64,000 nt of DNA from a bacterium (GTDB lineage Bacteria > Electryoneota > Electryoneia > Electryoneales > Electryoneaceae): assembly GCA_963669175.1 (NCBI GenBank), contig OY769902.1, positions 896,001 through 960,000 of the forward strand, written 5' to 3'. The notes beneath the pieces were generated by a model. It was not told the origin of the DNA, made no database searches, and saw nothing but the letters and a program-made list of their open reading frames with translations. Positions 60,759 through 64,000 of the stretch are shown in pieces. Both the position numbers and the translations under genes were made by a program. The stretch's first letter is position 1. Each line of letters opens with the position of its first letter.

Positions 60759-63700
60759 GGCTGTTCCTCCAGTGAAGCGAAGCGCTGGCCTTCAAGGATA
60801 TAGACTCCGTTTAAGTAGTCTTTCTTCAGGTGTTCCTGACGCATGGCAAACAGGTTGTGGTCCTTTCGGCAGACATGTTTGTAAGGGCAGAAGTTGAATT
60901 CTCCCGCGCTGCACAGGTCATTGTTCTGATCGAGCGGATGATGAAACCGTCCCGCCTGGATTGCGCCCTGAATCGCGAGCACATTGGCGATCAGGCTGTC
61001 CCTGAAGGCCATATGCTCATCCTTGGTCCATTTCCCGGTTTCACCGACAGAACCATCTCTTGGCCGGATTTGATAAAATGCGCCCCGTTCCGTTTCCCTG
61101 CCGTAACTTTCATGGTCCTGCAGGTAGCGAAGCAGCACTTCAAGGTATATGGGCAACTGGAAGCTTATGCCTCGTCTTACCGCGCCGCCGGTTTTCTGCG
61201 GGGCATTGGAAACCTTGTAGTCCCAGATACGCCAGCCGGATTTCGGGTGCAGGGAGACACGGTCGATCCGCCCCTGCACAGTGGCGTGCCTTTCGCCGTC
61301 CGAGCATTCCAAAGGCTGATCCAGCAGGATTTCGCCGTCAAAATCCGGTTGCGGTTCACCGAACAGTGCTTCCGTGAAAACGATACGTTCCCCGCTGATC
61401 CCCTTGGACATTTCCTTGTTCACCACCAGGCGCAGGATGCCCGGGGGATCATCTTTATTGCTCAAACCGCTCAGGATGGCGCGCAGCTTGTTATCCCAGA
61501 ACAGGTTGTCGTAGGGAAGGTCCGCAGTCATTTCGTTCGTGATCTCATGCATGATACGCGCGGTTTCTGCGTGGAATTCACCGAAGGAACGCGACAGACC
61601 ATCCTCCGCTTTCATCCGTTTGGCGGTTTCGGCGAGGATATCATGCACAAGCGTTCCCAGCCCGGTTTCATCGGCTTCATCTTCCACTTCTTCCAGCGGG
61701 TCGATATGCAGGATATTGCCGAACAGGAAGCGCATCGGGCAGGCTGCGTAAGCGTCCAATCGCGTGACAGAGAAAGGATTCGAAAGGATACGTCGCGCCA
61801 GCAGGTCGCCTGCCGGACTGTTTTCCAGCAAACCGTTGAACTCGGACAGGATGCGTGGATCATCACGGAGGCGGTCTACATACACGCGGTCAACTGTTCC
61901 ATGCGCCCATTCAAGGGATGTATCCGATTCAGGAAGCCAGGTACGAGCTGCAGAAAGACGTCTCAGGCCACGTTCCCGCAAGTCATCCTTTCCCAGGTCT
62001 TCACCTATAGCGGTCAGCGTATTGGTGATGGAATAGAATACGTCCGGCGCAGGTGTGGAGACGAATTGAATACCGGTAGCTTGAAGATCACGGATAAGCG
62101 GTGAAGGAGTGGTGTCGCCTTCATCCGTATCCGGACAGGGAGCGCTGAAAACAAGGTGCTCAGCGGCATACAGCGCTTCCCAGGTCAACGCCCTGCTTTC
62201 CGCCAGCCGATTGACCTTATCTCCCCAAACCGGCGCAAAAGGATCAAGCGGATCGGTTACCGGGTTGCGTGGCCAGAGATCATCCGACATTCCCAGGAAA
62301 AAGAGATACTTTACGCGCAGCCCTCGCACTTCCAGCGGCCCGGTTACCGGGATACCGCCACGAGTCCGGTTGTCGGGACGCAAGCGTTGTTGTCTTGCGG
62401 CAAAGGCGAACTGTTCCGCAAAGCGTGAAACCGGCCAGCTTTTCTGCCCGGACAGGTATAGTGTTTCCTTAACACGCTCCAGTGTGAGCCAGACAAATTT
62501 CAGTGCGGCGTTTTCGTTTCCGGTGTTGCCATTTTCGCGGTGTTCCCAGGCGTTGACCCCAAGCTGGGCCAGCAGATCCTTGATCCAATCTGTCGCAGTG
62601 TCGGCGTCACAGGGATCAGGCAACGCTTCAAGCATACCGCCCAACTCCTCCAGTTCCGGCAGGATACGTTGCAGGCGATCTCGCTTGCGCAGAATGGCCA
62701 TTCGCCGATGTTCCGATTGAGTGTCTTGAGCGGATTTCGCCAGCCACACGATCTGGTCTGTGAGGGGTTCCAGCCAGGTTTCACAGAAAGAGCCGCGAGA
62801 GCCGACAATACGAGCGTCCCGTGCAAAAGAATCCAGCTCCAGCACTGCCGCATTGTCACGAAGCGTTTTACCGAACCGGACACAGGGATTCAGCAGAACA
62901 GCCGTAACCGCTTCACGTGGCCAGCCTTCACTGCGCCCTTCGAAAAGTTGCACCGCCAGTTGGGCGATGGGACTGTCGCTCAACGGCGGCCCGAGACGTA
63001 AATCCGGAGTCAGGCCATAGAGGGGAAAGACAGTTTCGATCAGCGATGCGTATGTGGTCAGGTCGGTTGCAACAACAGCGATATCCTCATCGGGGATTCC
63101 CTCGTCACGCACCAGGTAAGCCAGACGTTTTGCGGTATCCTCCACCTCTTCACGAGCATTACGGTGTGTCTGCCAGCCGATGGGATGTAACCCGGTGCCC
63201 TCGGTTTCGTCATTCTGATCATCGCGCGCAGTTCTTGATCCGACCGCGTTGAACAGGGTATTGACCAACACCGCCTGCGTCTGGTTGATTGAAAAGGCAC
63301 GTACTGTGTGCGATGGATGCTTTTTCCATGTATTCAGTTCATGCGTCATCAGATCCAACGCAGGTCCGGGCGATTCCGTCCAATCCAGCATCACGATAGT
63401 TTTGCCGGAACAGTTGGCCAGCGTATGGATCAGCGAGACAACCTTTTCACGTAATGGCCCGAGACGGTCAATTATCAGCAGGTCGGGAGGTCGAAAGGTA
63501 CTGGTCTGGACTTCTGCTATAGCGGTCAGCGGAAGGATGGTTTCATCCAGAAGCCCGTGTCTATCTAGTGTCTTGTGATATTGTTCCAGCGTTTTGCCGA
63601 TCCAGGGATGCAGACGTTCCAGGCGGTCCAGGATCTGTTCGCCGTCCATGATTCGCTGATGCAGTTCCAGCACACGTTGAATCCAGCCTGATCCTGCTGC

Positions 63701-63955
63701 TTCGCCGCCCAGTTCGGGGATGTCCAGTGTGGCGGTGATCTCTCGTAACAGCAGAACACGCGTGTCCGAATCCAGTGCCTGAGGTTCCAGTCCGGAAGCG
63801 CGCAACATGTAACGTGCGAGTCCACCGGCGGTGATGACATCCACACCCACTACAGGTGATTGGGTATGCTGTAACAGGCCGGATTCTACACGTTCGCCAC
63901 GGCGCATGCTGTCCACGACCCACCATGTAACCCCGCCGTTACGCATCGTTTTCAC
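60755..63955 (-). CDS. addB: AddB-like PD-(D/E)XK nuclease subunit
   Basis: S.TRL..Y..CP, G..VH..L, GRIDRV, DYK, QLPIY and three C-terminal Cys; ATGA overlap with addA. Confidence 0.85.
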   Translation of the reverse strand: MKTMRNGGVTWWVVDSMRRGERVESGLLQHTQSPVVGVDVITAGGLARYMLRASGLEPQALDSDTRVLLLREITATLDIPELGGEAAGSGWIQRVLELHQRIMDGEQILDRLERLHPWIGKTLEQYHKTLDRHGLLDETILPLTAIAEVQTSTFRPPDLLIIDRLGPLREKVVSLIHTLANCSGKTIVMLDWTESPGPALDLMTHELNTWKKHPSHTVRAFSINQTQAVLVNTLFNAVGSRTARDDQNDETEGTGLHPIGWQTHRNAREEVEDTAKRLAYLVRDEGIPDEDIAVVATDLTTYASLIETVFPLYGLTPDLRLGPPLSDSPIAQLAVQLFEGRSEGWPREAVTAVLLNPCVRFGKTLRDNAAVLELDSFARDARIVGSRGSFCETWLEPLTDQIVWLAKSAQDTQSEHRRMAILRKRDRLQRILPELEELGGMLEALPDPCDADTATDWIKDLLAQLGVNAWEHRENGNTGNENAALKFVWLTLERVKETLYLSGQKSWPVSRFAEQFAFAARQQRLRPDNRTRGGIPVTGPLEVRGLRVKYLFFLGMSDDLWPRNPVTDPLDPFAPVWGDKVNRLAESRALTWEALYAAEHLVFSAPCPDTDEGDTTPSPLIRDLQATGIQFVSTPAPDVFYSITNTLTAIGEDLGKDDLRERGLRRLSAARTWLPESDTSLEWAHGTVDRVYVDRLRDDPRILSEFNGLLENSPAGDLLARRILSNPFSVTRLDAYAACPMRFLFGNILHIDPLEEVEDEADETGLGTLVHDILAETAKRMKAEDGLSRSFGEFHAETARIMHEITNEMTADLPYDNLFWDNKLRAILSGLSNKDDPPGILRLVVNKEMSKGISGERIVFTEALFGEPQPDFDGEILLDQPLECSDGERHATVQGRIDRVSLHPKSGWRIWDYKVSNAPQKTGGAVRRGISFQLPIYLEVLLRYLQDHESYGRETERGAFYQIRPRDGSVGETGKWTKDEHMAFRDSLIANVLAIQGAIQAGRFHHPLDQNNDLCSAGEFNFCPYKHVCRKDHNLFAMRQEHLKKDYLNGVYILEGQRFASLEEQP

Positions 63956-64000
63956 TGCTTCCTCTGCCGTCGCCGTAAAACGTCCGGAGCCAGGAAGCCC

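Overview
Bacterial chromosomal window. Eight secreted proteins carry a [YW]PNPFN C-terminal sorting tail and a PorZ-like gene is present, which suggests an FCB-group relative (inference). Housekeeping content: riboflavin operon (ribE-ribBA-ribH), lpxH-PBP1A, PspC/LiaF-type membrane genes, HAD-MFS pair, DegT aminotransferase, gap-pgk-tpiA-secG, tRNA-Ser(GGA), tRNA-Leu(GAG) and addAB-like genes. Accessory content: a cobalamin-riboswitch-controlled uptake operon with two sorting-tail-tagged putative B12 scavengers, a MazEF-like pair, and intergenic DNA packed with MITEs and REP-like palindromes, some nested with clear target-site duplications. The most unusual signals are three. (1) Four-helix-bundle (23S-IVS-protein-like) genes sit inside the rib operon between inverted 9-mer arrays that could loop them out of the mRNA. 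(2) Purine-rich short-period repeat arrays start at or just after stop codons across the whole window. (3) The B12 operon appears to export capture proteins. No CRISPR array, intact transposase or reverse transcriptase was seen. All family assignments are from motif recognition by eye, not database searches.
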